Shown one piece after another: positions 27,786-35,842 of a stretch of 45,815 bases of DNA. The notes beneath the pieces are model-generated. The model saw only the letters and a program-made list of their open reading frames with translations. It did no database searches and was not told where the DNA came from. Source of the stretch: a virus (lineage: Duplodnaviria; Caudoviricetes); IMG/VR virus record IMGVR_UViG_3300048881_000314, positions 1 to 45,815 of that record; one strand, 5' to 3'. The translations under genes and the position numbers were made by a program. Position 1 is the first letter of the stretch; every line of letters starts with the position of its first letter.

Positions 27786-28070
27786 CGTTCGTCAGTCTGG
27801 TTAAGAAAAAACCTGAAAATGCACGACCCGCAAGAACTAGTAAGGCCAAGTGTTTTTCGCGAAACCTTGAACCGCTAAGACTTCGCGACGTGAAAAAAAC
27901 TTTAGTTCTGCAAGTGCCAAGACGAATGGCAATCTTGCCGCCGGTGACAGGTCGTAAAGGGGCGTTAAAAATAGTTTGGTCCTCAAGTCATAGATGCTAT
28001 TCAAAAAGGTGCAAGGCCTTTTAAAAACCAGGTTAATCGTTTATGAGCTTTTAACTTGGTTTTCCTTTTT
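27786..28070 (+). ncRNA. Putative structured ncRNA upstream of tRNAs
   Basis: Nested helices 27786-93/27921-28, 27830-40/27902-11, 27857-63/27882-88; T-loop-like hairpin near 28004-28022; 13-bp hairpin 28024-28063. Confidence 0.45.
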
Positions 28071-28197
28071 CGGAGAGTTAAGAATAATTGGCAAGTTCGG
28101 CCGCTCGAAGGTTAAGACAAGGTTCGATTCCTTGGTTAAATGGTCTTGTAATTCCGTAAGCGGAAAGCGCGAGTTCGATTCTCGTACACTCCGACCA
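28071..28197 (+). ncRNA. tRNA-like RNA with a 53-nt insert (second T-arm) replacing the anticodon loop
   Basis: Acceptor CGGAGAGT/ACACTCCG + A-CCA, D-arm, CCGCT/AGCGG stem, GCGAG-TTCGATT-CTCGT T-arm; insert contains CAAGG-TTCGATT-CCTTG. Confidence 0.7.
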
Positions 28198-28201
28198 TTT
28201 C

Positions 28202-28280
28202 GGTGTATTGGTCTAGCCTGGTTTATGACGCCGCCCTGTCACGGCGGAAATCGCGAGTTCGAATCTCGCATACACCGCCA
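28202..28280 (+). tRNA. tRNA-Asp (GUC)
   Basis: GGTGTAT/ATACACC acceptor, CCGCC-CTGTCAC-GGCGG anticodon arm, TTCGAAT T-loop, G73, encoded CCA. Confidence 0.93.
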
Positions 28281-28345
28281 CTTTTTATTTCGAATTTCAT
28301 TCTTGCATGGTTTTATAGTTGAGACGCCCGCGGGACCGGGGCGCC

Positions 28346-28378
28346 AGGGCCTCGAAAATGGCCCTATTTTGATTTTTT
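28346..28378 (+). terminator. Terminator-like hairpin after tRNA cluster
   Basis: AGGGCC/GGCCCT stem followed by T-rich run. Confidence 0.45.
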
Positions 28379-28531
28379 ACGGAGTTTTGACCTAGATATT
28401 GCAAGGGAAGCTTCGACGGTCCTTAATCGCCTTAATATAATCGTCATAGTTTCCTGGTTCGTTTTCCCGCCATATTTCTTTTGAAGGTACTCCCAGGCCT
28501 TTTCGTCAATTCTAAATTGTATCTTTTTCAT
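28364..28531 (-). CDS. 55-aa RHH-like protein (not in ORF track)
   Basis: MKKIQFRIDEKAWEYLQKKYGGKTNQETMTIIL...; ATGA overlap with upstream gene. Confidence 0.55.
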   Translation of the reverse strand: MKKIQFRIDEKAWEYLQKKYGGKTNQETMTIILRRLRTVEASLAISRSKLRKKSK

Positions 28532-28710
28532 TTCTTCACCTTGTAAGAATCAATTATTGCTTCTTTCGCAGTTAGCACGAACGCAAACACCGGATAAGCG
28601 CCATTTTCGTTTTTCCAGGAACGGCCGTTTTTAACAATATAATAATTAAACTTTCGACCAACTTTCATTTTCCTAATTTCCCACCTGGTATTTCCCATTT
28701 TAAATTTCAT
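28528..28710 (-). CDS. Small basic hypothetical protein
   Basis: ATGA-coupled in early leftward operon. Confidence 0.6.
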   Translation of the reverse strand: MKFKMGNTRWEIRKMKVGRKFNYYIVKNGRSWKNENGAYPVFAFVLTAKEAIIDSYKVKK

Positions 28711-28895
28711 TTTTTACCCTTTGGTTTTGGTCTATGTTTCAACAAAACATTGACGTCAAGTGTGAATATCTCATTAATATATGCGTCGACAATTTTTTGC
28801 GGCGACATTCCTAGCTTCTTCAAGGCCGCCTTTATTTCCTTGTTCATACGAATGCCGGAAAAATTGTCGTTCTTTGGCAAGTCACTTGGTTTCAT
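28707..28895 (-). CDS. Possible RHH DNA-binding protein
   Basis: FSGIRMNKEIKAALKKLGMSPQKIV pattern. Confidence 0.5.
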   Translation of the reverse strand: MKPSDLPKNDNFSGIRMNKEIKAALKKLGMSPQKIVDAYINEIFTLDVNVLLKHRPKPKGKK

Positions 28896-29077
28896 TATTT
28901 CTTTTCCTGGTTAACGATTATTTTAACAATTTCGATTGCGCTTCTTTGGGCCGCCGATTCCGATTGGTTGTAAGTTGTCATTAAGAAGTCGGTTATTCGG
29001 CTTACAGCATCGGCCGGGTCGTTAGACTTCTTATATATGGCAAGGCTTGATTCAATCTTTTTTCTATTGTCGTTCAT
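28895..29077 (-). CDS. Small hypothetical protein
   Basis: AAGGGG RBS; first gene after promoter. Confidence 0.6.
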   Translation of the reverse strand: MNDNRKKIESSLAIYKKSNDPADAVSRITDFLMTTYNQSESAAQRSAIEIVKIIVNQEKK

Positions 29078-29100
29078 CGTTAACCCCTTGTTCTTGACTC

Positions 29101-29129
29101 ATTATGTCATGTATAGGCAATATTGTCAA
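29101..29129 (-). promoter_or_regulatory. Near-consensus sigma70 promoter (leftward)
   Basis: TTGACA-17 bp-CATAAT on minus strand. Confidence 0.7.
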
Positions 29130-29278
29130 TACACCGCGTTAACACAAAACCAGGTGTCTAAAAAATAGACAGGATCCAAGAAGCCAATGATTACGGACAG
29201 TTATGGAAACGCCGCGTCAAATTTGTCAATACAATTGTCAGTTTGCGCAAACAAAAAAAATGATAAATAATTAATAAT

Positions 29279-29476
29279 ATGAAAGGAAAAAACGGCAATT
29301 TAATTATGACAATAAGGGAAGGCGAATCAATCGAAGTTGATGGGCCGGCCCGTTTCATCTTGAAAACCATTAAGAAGAACAAAGTTGTTGTCCTGGTAAA
29401 TGCCGACAATGAAACCAATATTAAAAAACGAGTGTCCAAGGAAATGGCCGAATATAAAGAAATCGCGAAGGATTGA
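29279..29476 (+). CDS. csrA: CsrA/RsmA-like RNA-binding protein
   Basis: LIMTIREGESIEV....NKVVVLVNA....NIKKR parallels CsrA LILTRR.GE.L.I....NQVRIGVNAP..V.VHR. Confidence 0.6.
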   Translation: MKGKNGNLIMTIREGESIEVDGPARFILKTIKKNKVVVLVNADNETNIKKRVSKEMAEYKEIAKD

Positions 29477-29544
29477 GCGCATTCGTGGCGGCCCCGGCCT
29501 GGACATGGAAACGGCCGCCACTTTTTAAACTAAGGAATTGAGTA

Positions 29545-30261
29545 ATGGCGGCAAATGAAAAGACCACGACAAAAAAGAAAAAAGTCACCACCAAAAAAGC
29601 TACGAACACCGGAGCAACGAAAAAGAAAACGACAAAAAAGGCTTCGAAAAAAGGCCCTAGAAAAACACCACTTAAAAAGCGAGAACGCGAGGCCATTAAA
29701 AAGCGCCTTGTCACGCATTACGGGGTTACGGTTATCGGTAAGGCCCTGGAAAACGCCACAAAGCCAAACGAAGAAGAAGTTGTTCTTATCCAATGGCGGA
29801 AAAAGCTAGAACAAGAACTTGAAGACGAACAACGTGATATTGACGAATATTATAAAAGCATTGATTCGGAATATAAAAAAGTTGGACGTCCAAAGTCAGT
29901 TTTAAACTGGAAAGAATTCGAATATCTTTGTTCAATTGGTTGCACCCTGGACGAAATCGCCGGGTTCTTTCAAATGAGTAAACGCGCCCTTCAAGATAAG
30001 GTTAAGGCCGAATTCGACGAAACATTTTCCGAGCGTTACGAAAAACTATCGCAAGGAATGAAGGTTTCATTAAGAAGAAAACAGTTTCAAGTTGCAATGG
30101 ACGGCGACACTAAAATGTTGACGTTCCTTGGTAAAAACGTACTTGGACAAAAAGAAAAATTAGACTTCGAAGGCGAAGTTAAAGTTAATAGTTGGGTCGA
30201 CCTGGTTAATAACCTGGACCCTGAAAACGCAAATGACAACAAAGAAGAAAATAATGAATAA
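29545..30261 (+). CDS. terS: Terminase small subunit with Lys/Thr-rich N-terminal tail
   Basis: GRP....W.EFE.LC.IGCTL.EIAGFF HTH; SLRRKQF..A..GD..ML.FLGKN.LGQ; upstream of terL. Confidence 0.85.
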   Translation: MAANEKTTTKKKKVTTKKATNTGATKKKTTKKASKKGPRKTPLKKREREAIKKRLVTHYGVTVIGKALENATKPNEEEVVLIQWRKKLEQELEDEQRDIDEYYKSIDSEYKKVGRPKSVLNWKEFEYLCSIGCTLDEIAGFFQMSKRALQDKVKAEFDETFSERYEKLSQGMKVSLRRKQFQVAMDGDTKMLTFLGKNVLGQKEKLDFEGEVKVNSWVDLVNNLDPENANDNKEENNE

Positions 30262-30265
30262 GCTT

Positions 30266-30424
30266 GGCCGGCATGGGTGTGCTTTCATAACGTGCAAGCA
30301 ACGTGCGGTGACGAAGGGGCGTCCCGCTGGCCAATATCTGTAGAGCTTTCCGCCCCTTCGTCTATCCTCGGTGTAGTCCGCCGGCCCTATGTCGACAAGT
30401 AACGTTGCTAGGCCGGCATTTTTT
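30266..30424 (+). promoter_or_regulatory. GC-rich structured element / possible attenuator between terS and terL
   Basis: 12-bp stem 30310-21/30351-62; 8-bp stem 30297-304/30402-09; GCCGGCC(30380) can pair with GGCCGGC at 30266 or 30411, the latter followed by a U-tract. Confidence 0.55.
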
Positions 30425-30439
30425 AATTAAGGTATTTGA

Positions 30440-31999
30440 ATGAATAAAGAAATATTACAAAAAGTACAAAAAGCGCCCACGCTGTTTATTGAAAAGGTTC
30501 TAGGTTGTTTAACAATGCAACCTTATCAATTGCATATATGCGAAGAAGTTGCCAAATATGACCGTGTTGCTATTTCAGCTTGTCACGCCGTGGGAAAAAC
30601 CTTCCTACTTGCTAGAATCGTTTTATGGTTCTTGTATTCATATAAAGATTCTATCGTTATTACGACCGCGCCAACCAACCGACAAGTCGAGGCCCTTTTA
30701 TGGGGTGAAATTGGTGTTGCCGTTAGAAATTCGCTTTATAACCTTGGCGGAATGTTAGGGGCCAAGCGATTAAAGATAAGTTCGAAATGGTATGCAATGG
30801 GGTTTTCACCGGCAAAAAGCGCGGGCGAAGGTGATTCAAAAGAACAACAAGGTTCAACATTCCAGGGTTTTCACGCCGATTATATATTGATTGTATTCGA
30901 CGAGGCCGTTGGTGTTCCGCCTGATATTTGGACCCAGGTCGAGGGTTTATTAACGTCCGGGGCCGTTGTTAAATTTGTTTGTATTGCAAACCCGACAACT
31001 AAGAACTGTAATTTCTTCGACTGTTTTAAAAAGAGTACGTGGCGTAAGATTTACTTAAATTGTTTTGATTCGCCGAACCTTACGGCGAATGGTTTTAATA
31101 GTGTAAAAGACATTGAAAAAGAAGTTCAAATTTTACTTGAAATGAACGAAGACGATAGGCTTTCAAGAATTGAACAATACAAAAAGCCGGTTACGCATCT
31201 TATTTCGGCCCAATGGGTTATTGAAAAAGCAATGCCGGACGAATGGGGCGTTGACCACCCGTTATTTCAATCGAAAGTTCTTGGCCAATTTCCTGACACC
31301 GACGACACGGTTTTAATTCAATCGTCAGATATTGAAAAGGCCCAGGCCAGGAAAGACATACCAGGCGAAAAAGACGCCCGTTATATTGGAATTGACGTGG
31401 CCAGGTTTGGAGACGACACGACGGTTTTCACCGAATTAACTGGCGTGGTCCATACCAGGACAAAGCGACTAAGTAAGCGCGACTTAATGGAAGTTACCGG
31501 TGAAGCGGTCCGTTTTATCCTGGACGACTACGAAGGCGAAGACGTTATTGTTTGTATTGATGCGACCGGGCTAGGTTCTGGCGTATATGACCGAATGAAA
31601 GAACTGCAATCGGAAAAGGTTATTCCGAGACGCATTAAAATAGTTGAAATTCATTTTGGCGGGTCAACTAAGCTTGTTCAAAAGAATAAAAAGAAGGCCA
31701 GCAAAAAGGAAGAAGAAGAACAAAGAACCTTTTTAAATCTTAAGGCCTTGATGTTTTCCGACCTTGCCAAGTCAATAAAAACCGAATTACGATTAAGGAA
31801 AGATTCAACATATAACGACGAACTTCCAACTATTAAATATAAGTTTACTTCGTCGGGTAAAATGAAAATAGAATCAAAAGACGAATACAAAAAAAGAACC
31901 GGGAAATCGTCGCCCGATAACTCCGATTCGCTTGCACTTGCTAACCTGGCGCGTCGATTCACTGGTTATGGTGATTATTTAAGGAAATTAGTAAAATGA
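30440..31999 (+). CDS. terL: Terminase large subunit
   Basis: ACHAVGKT Walker A, TAPT.RQ, VFDEA, IANP, GIDVARFGDD, IDATGLG, SPD.SDSL. Confidence 0.95.
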   Translation: MNKEILQKVQKAPTLFIEKVLGCLTMQPYQLHICEEVAKYDRVAISACHAVGKTFLLARIVLWFLYSYKDSIVITTAPTNRQVEALLWGEIGVAVRNSLYNLGGMLGAKRLKISSKWYAMGFSPAKSAGEGDSKEQQGSTFQGFHADYILIVFDEAVGVPPDIWTQVEGLLTSGAVVKFVCIANPTTKNCNFFDCFKKSTWRKIYLNCFDSPNLTANGFNSVKDIEKEVQILLEMNEDDRLSRIEQYKKPVTHLISAQWVIEKAMPDEWGVDHPLFQSKVLGQFPDTDDTVLIQSSDIEKAQARKDIPGEKDARYIGIDVARFGDDTTVFTELTGVVHTRTKRLSKRDLMEVTGEAVRFILDDYEGEDVIVCIDATGLGSGVYDRMKELQSEKVIPRRIKIVEIHFGGSTKLVQKNKKKASKKEEEEQRTFLNLKALMFSDLAKSIKTELRLRKDSTYNDELPTIKYKFTSSGKMKIESKDEYKKRTGKSSPDNSDSLALANLARRFTGYGDYLRKLVK

Positions 32000-32139
32000 A
32001 AGAAGAAAAAAAAGAAGAAGCTCCAAAAAAAGTAGCTTGTCATATATGCCATGGAATGGGCGTAAAAGAACGGCCAAATGGCGACACGTTTGATTGTCCT
32101 AACCGTTCATGCGACAATGGTTTTGTAAAAGTAAATTAA
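31996..32139 (+). CDS. 47-aa DnaJ-type zinc-finger microprotein (not in ORF track)
   Basis: CHICHGMG...CPNRSCDNG; ATGA overlap with terL; AAGGA RBS. Confidence 0.6.
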   Translation: MKEEKKEEAPKKVACHICHGMGVKERPNGDTFDCPNRSCDNGFVKVN

Positions 32140-32154
32140 AAAAGGAATTTTATA

Positions 32155-33561
32155 ATGGACGTTATTCAAAGAACTTTATTACTTGGTTCAAAAATCAAAA
32201 ATTCAATTAGAAATGATGGTTGGTCAAATATTTTTACAGGGCTTGGAACCAGTAAAGACAAAAGGACCGGAAACCAAATAACTCGTTCAAAAACCTGGCA
32301 ACGTGAAGCCGAACTTCTTCACGATAACGACGATATTGCCAAAAAGATTGTTAACGAAGTTCCTAAGCGTGGAACGGCAAAATGGATTGACCACAAAGTT
32401 GGCCAGGACGAAGGCGGAATTGAAACGGCCAATAAAATTGTCGACGAATTTGACCGTCTGGAAGTTAAAAAGAAATTTCGCCAGGCGTGGGCGTGGGCCA
32501 GGCTATACGGCGGGTCGGGTGTATATATGGCGGTTGACGACGGCCTTGACCCTAGCGAACCATTAAACTTAAATAGAATTGTAAGAATTAATTCCCTAAC
32601 GGTATTACATAGGTACGAATTACAGCGCCAGGAACTTGAAGACGATATTAACAACCCTAATTTTGGACTTCCTAGGTCTTATACTATTTCAGGCCGTACC
32701 GTTCACGAAGTCCCGACGGTTCACCATTCAAGAATATTAAGATTCGACGGTTCGGAATTGTCGGAACAAGAATTTAAAAATAACGACTATTGGCACGATA
32801 GCGTTCTAAATAGTTTAAAACAAATTATTGCCGATTATAACGGGGCGTATTCGGGTATTGCTCACGCAATGACTGACTTCGACGTTTCTGTTTTAAAGCT
32901 TAAAAACCTGGCCGATATTATTGGTTCGGACGACGACGACCTAGTTGTTAGTCGACTTAAATTAATGAACTTATCGAAATCAATTCTTGGTTCAATCCTT
33001 ATTGACGCCGAAGAAGAAGACTTTGACACCATGAACCGCCAGTTTACTAACGTTGACAAGGTTCTTGATAAAATGGACCAAAGACTTGTTCAAGCAACGG
33101 ATATGCCACACACGGTAATTCTAGGCGAGGGTTCAAGTGGAAATTTATCAGGTTCCGGCGAAAGTGAAGAAAAAAATATGAACACGCTAGTGGCGGCGGA
33201 ACAAGACGACAATTTAAAAAGTCCTATTGATGTTGTAAGCGGTGTTATCATGGCGGCAAAACAAGGGCCGACAAATGGAAAGGTTTTAAAATCTCATTCA
33301 TGGACATTTAACCCATTAAGTGAACCTTCCGAAAAACAAATTGCCGAAACAAGAAAATTAACGGCCGAAACTGACGCCATTTATTTAGATAGGTCGGTTG
33401 TAAGTTCAACTGAAATTGCGGAATCGCGTTTTGGTGGTGACGAGTATTCTATGGAAACGGCCATTGACCTGGAAGCAAGAAACGAACAAGATGAAACCGA
33501 AGAAATTAACCCGGAAGAAACTAAGAAGATTATGAAGGGAATTGGTGAAGAAAATGAATAA
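32155..33561 (+). CDS. Portal protein (DUF1073 family)
   Basis: After terL; W.RLYGG, P..P.FGLP..Y, VH.SR.LRF.G, DMP.T.ILG. Confidence 0.9.
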   Translation: MDVIQRTLLLGSKIKNSIRNDGWSNIFTGLGTSKDKRTGNQITRSKTWQREAELLHDNDDIAKKIVNEVPKRGTAKWIDHKVGQDEGGIETANKIVDEFDRLEVKKKFRQAWAWARLYGGSGVYMAVDDGLDPSEPLNLNRIVRINSLTVLHRYELQRQELEDDINNPNFGLPRSYTISGRTVHEVPTVHHSRILRFDGSELSEQEFKNNDYWHDSVLNSLKQIIADYNGAYSGIAHAMTDFDVSVLKLKNLADIIGSDDDDLVVSRLKLMNLSKSILGSILIDAEEEDFDTMNRQFTNVDKVLDKMDQRLVQATDMPHTVILGEGSSGNLSGSGESEEKNMNTLVAAEQDDNLKSPIDVVSGVIMAAKQGPTNGKVLKSHSWTFNPLSEPSEKQIAETRKLTAETDAIYLDRSVVSSTEIAESRFGGDEYSMETAIDLEARNEQDETEEINPEETKKIMKGIGEENE

Positions 33562-33733
33562 GATAAAATGCTTTTTTGGTTTTCATAAACATAGAGCGGC
33601 ATGGCTTAAAGTTTTTAAAGTAACCGGCCGAGAAGTAGGCTTTAATTATAACGGCTTTCCGGCCAATGATAAAAATCATTCATATAGTACCGGAAAGCGT
33701 TGCGATAGATGCGGAAAGTTTAAATATGCCTAA
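33554..33733 (+). CDS. Small Cys/His zinc-binding protein (DUF1660-like)
   Basis: C.FG.HK...RC.RCGK. Confidence 0.55.
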   Translation: MNKIKCFFGFHKHRAAWLKVFKVTGREVGFNYNGFPANDKNHSYSTGKRCDRCGKFKYA

Positions 33734-34547
33734 TAAAAAACTAAGTAAATTAACGCCACCACTAGGAATCGAGCGCGACTATCAAAAGCGCATTCGCAAA
33801 ATAGTGAATAGGGTAAAAACTATAATTAACAATGAAGTCGTTAACGCGCTTCCTTCGATTATGGACATTACCGAGGCCGTAAGACCTGACACGCGTAAAG
33901 ATAGTGACATTGGCGAGGCCGTAAAAGAACTTTTCGTTGCCACTAGAATAAGCGCGTCGGAACAAATTACCGACTTTGAAATTGAACAAATGGTTCAAGG
34001 TACGGCCGGCGAAATTAATACCTGGAATAAAGCGCAAATTACCAGGGTTCTAAAACAGGGCCTTGGCGTTGACCCATTTGCAAGCGAACCTTGGCTTGCC
34101 CAGGAAATGAATAATTTCGTTACAACAAACGTAAATTTAATTAAAAATGTTAACCAGGCCTTTATTGCGGAAACCGAAAGCGTTGTTTTCGAGGGAATGC
34201 GTCGAGGTTTAAGGCATGAACAAATTGCCAAACAAATAAATGGTTTTGGAAAAGATGAATTGGGCCGAAAGTCCAAGTTTAATAATGCTAAGACCAGGGC
34301 CAACCTAATTGGGCGCGACCAAACTAATAAGATGAATGGCCAGCTAACAAAGTTACGTCAAGAAAATATCGGCGTGACAAAATACATTTGGCGAACGGTT
34401 GGCGATTCAAGGGTTCGTGACCACCACGCTTCAAGAAACGGAAAAACCTATACATGGGCGAAGGGGTCGGAAGTTGGGACGCACCCCGGCGACGAAATTC
34501 AATGTCGATGTTACGCCGAACCGGTGCTTGACGACTTGCTTAAATAA
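33726..34547 (+). CDS. Head morphogenesis protein (SPP1 gp7 / Mu F family)
   Basis: RA.LI.RDQ, Y.WRTVGD.RVR..H..RNGK, PG..IQCRC.AEPV; start probably ATG 33726. Confidence 0.9.
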   Translation: MPNKKLSKLTPPLGIERDYQKRIRKIVNRVKTIINNEVVNALPSIMDITEAVRPDTRKDSDIGEAVKELFVATRISASEQITDFEIEQMVQGTAGEINTWNKAQITRVLKQGLGVDPFASEPWLAQEMNNFVTTNVNLIKNVNQAFIAETESVVFEGMRRGLRHEQIAKQINGFGKDELGRKSKFNNAKTRANLIGRDQTNKMNGQLTKLRQENIGVTKYIWRTVGDSRVRDHHASRNGKTYTWAKGSEVGTHPGDEIQCRCYAEPVLDDLLK

Positions 34548-34586
34548 ACATTTGTAATTTTTGGAAAAAACGGTAAAAATATAAGT

Positions 34587-35795
34587 ATGACAACATTAAA
34601 AAGATTCGACGTAAATAAATTAACAATCGGGACCAACGTAAAAGAGACGCCGCAAGGTTTTCTTGTTATTCCCGCGTTTACAGCTAGAACCGGAATTCAA
34701 TCTTATAGAATGGCCGACGGAACTACGTTAAAAGAGTTTCGCCCGGAAGAAGAAGTTTTTTCTGACGCTAGTATGTCGTCTTTAAGAACTGCGGCCGTGA
34801 CCGACGGACACCCGAAAGAAATGGTAAACCCGGAAAACGCGCATGAATTAATGCTTGGCCATACTGACGGAGTAATTGAAAAAGTCCAGGACGGTGACGA
34901 AAAGTTTTTGAAAACTCACCTGGTTATTACTCACAAAAAGGCCATTGACGCAATTAGGGCGGGAAAAGCTCAATTGTCAAATGGTTATAATGTTGACCTG
35001 GACTTTACGGAAGGTGAACATAATGGCCAACGTTACGACGCAGTTCAACGAAATATCGTTAATAATCATATTGCAATTGTTTGGAAAGCAAGGGCCGGCG
35101 AAAAGGCAAGCTTGCGTTTAGACGAAAAAGACGCAATACTTTTAACAAACGATGAAAATAAAGACGAACCAAATAAAAAGGAGCTTAAGCAAATGAAACT
35201 TAAAATTGGTGACAAAGAATTTGAAGTTGCTGACGAAATCGGTAACGCTGTTAAGGCCGAAATGGCAAAAATGAAAAGTGACCTAGACGAAATGTCTAAG
35301 CACAAAAACGACTCGGAAGAAGCTGAAAAAACAATTGCTACTTTAACGACTGAAAAAACGGCGTTAACTGCAAAAGTTGATTCACTTGAAAGCGACGTTG
35401 AAAAGCTTAAAAAAGAACCTAAGCTTGACGAAGAAGAAGTTTCTAAAAGAGTAAAAGAAACTATCGAAGTTCGTGACAATGCTGAAAAGATTCTTGACAA
35501 AGAAACGCTTGAAAAGCTTGATTCAATGTCAAACGAAGAAATCAAAATTGCAGTTATTAAAGCGGACTCTCCAAGTGTTGACGAAGAAAAACTTAAAAAT
35601 GATTCTTACGTTAATGCAAGGTATGACCATATTTGCGAAAACTTTGTTGATTCAAAGAAAAAGAACGATTCACTTGGAAAAGAAATCGTTAAGGGTCGCG
35701 AAGAAAATAACGACGGTGACGAAGACTATAAATCGCCGGAAGAAATTAGACTAGAAAACATGAGAAAAGATTCTTTGGGGCCAAACCAGGCGTAA
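34587..35795 (+). CDS. Prohead protease / scaffold (DUF2213)
   Basis: TP.GFL.....ARTGIQ.Y, RP.EEVF, VT.GHP, LS.GY, QRNI..NHIAIV..ARAG; coiled-coil C-terminus. Confidence 0.88.
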   Translation: MTTLKRFDVNKLTIGTNVKETPQGFLVIPAFTARTGIQSYRMADGTTLKEFRPEEEVFSDASMSSLRTAAVTDGHPKEMVNPENAHELMLGHTDGVIEKVQDGDEKFLKTHLVITHKKAIDAIRAGKAQLSNGYNVDLDFTEGEHNGQRYDAVQRNIVNNHIAIVWKARAGEKASLRLDEKDAILLTNDENKDEPNKKELKQMKLKIGDKEFEVADEIGNAVKAEMAKMKSDLDEMSKHKNDSEEAEKTIATLTTEKTALTAKVDSLESDVEKLKKEPKLDEEEVSKRVKETIEVRDNAEKILDKETLEKLDSMSNEEIKIAVIKADSPSVDEEKLKNDSYVNARYDHICENFVDSKKKNDSLGKEIVKGREENNDGDEDYKSPEEIRLENMRKDSLGPNQA

Positions 35796-35842
35796 CGAAA
35801 GAATAGTTTTTTTAATAACAACGACAAAAAGGAGTTTTAACC

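Noticed and set aside
27826-28020. Twister-sister ribozyme (ACCCGCAAG and GGTGCAAGGCC fragments)
   Set aside because: The fragments are too far apart and the conserved GCUCA cleavage loop is missing.
28106-28158. tRNA intron
   Set aside because: Too short for group I or II, no clear bulge-helix-bulge, and no splice yields a canonical anticodon loop.
27767-28395. Track ORFs 27767..28024 and 27994..28395
   Set aside because: They overlap a clear tRNA and structured RNA, lack an RBS, and have atypical composition.
30266-30390. HDV-like / theta ribozyme: GGCCGGCATGG matches the HDV genomic ribozyme 5' end, and CTA-TCCTCGGTG-TAG resembles P3/L3
   Set aside because: Three extra bases separate P3 from the P1 3' strand, no GG follows for P1.1, and no P4/J4-2/P2 3' strand could be built. 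Kept only as a generic structured element.
32155-33561. Anti-CBASS Acb1, a label often attached to DUF1073 proteins
   Set aside because: Position and motifs indicate a portal; no separate 2H phosphoesterase domain with paired HxT/S motifs is evident.
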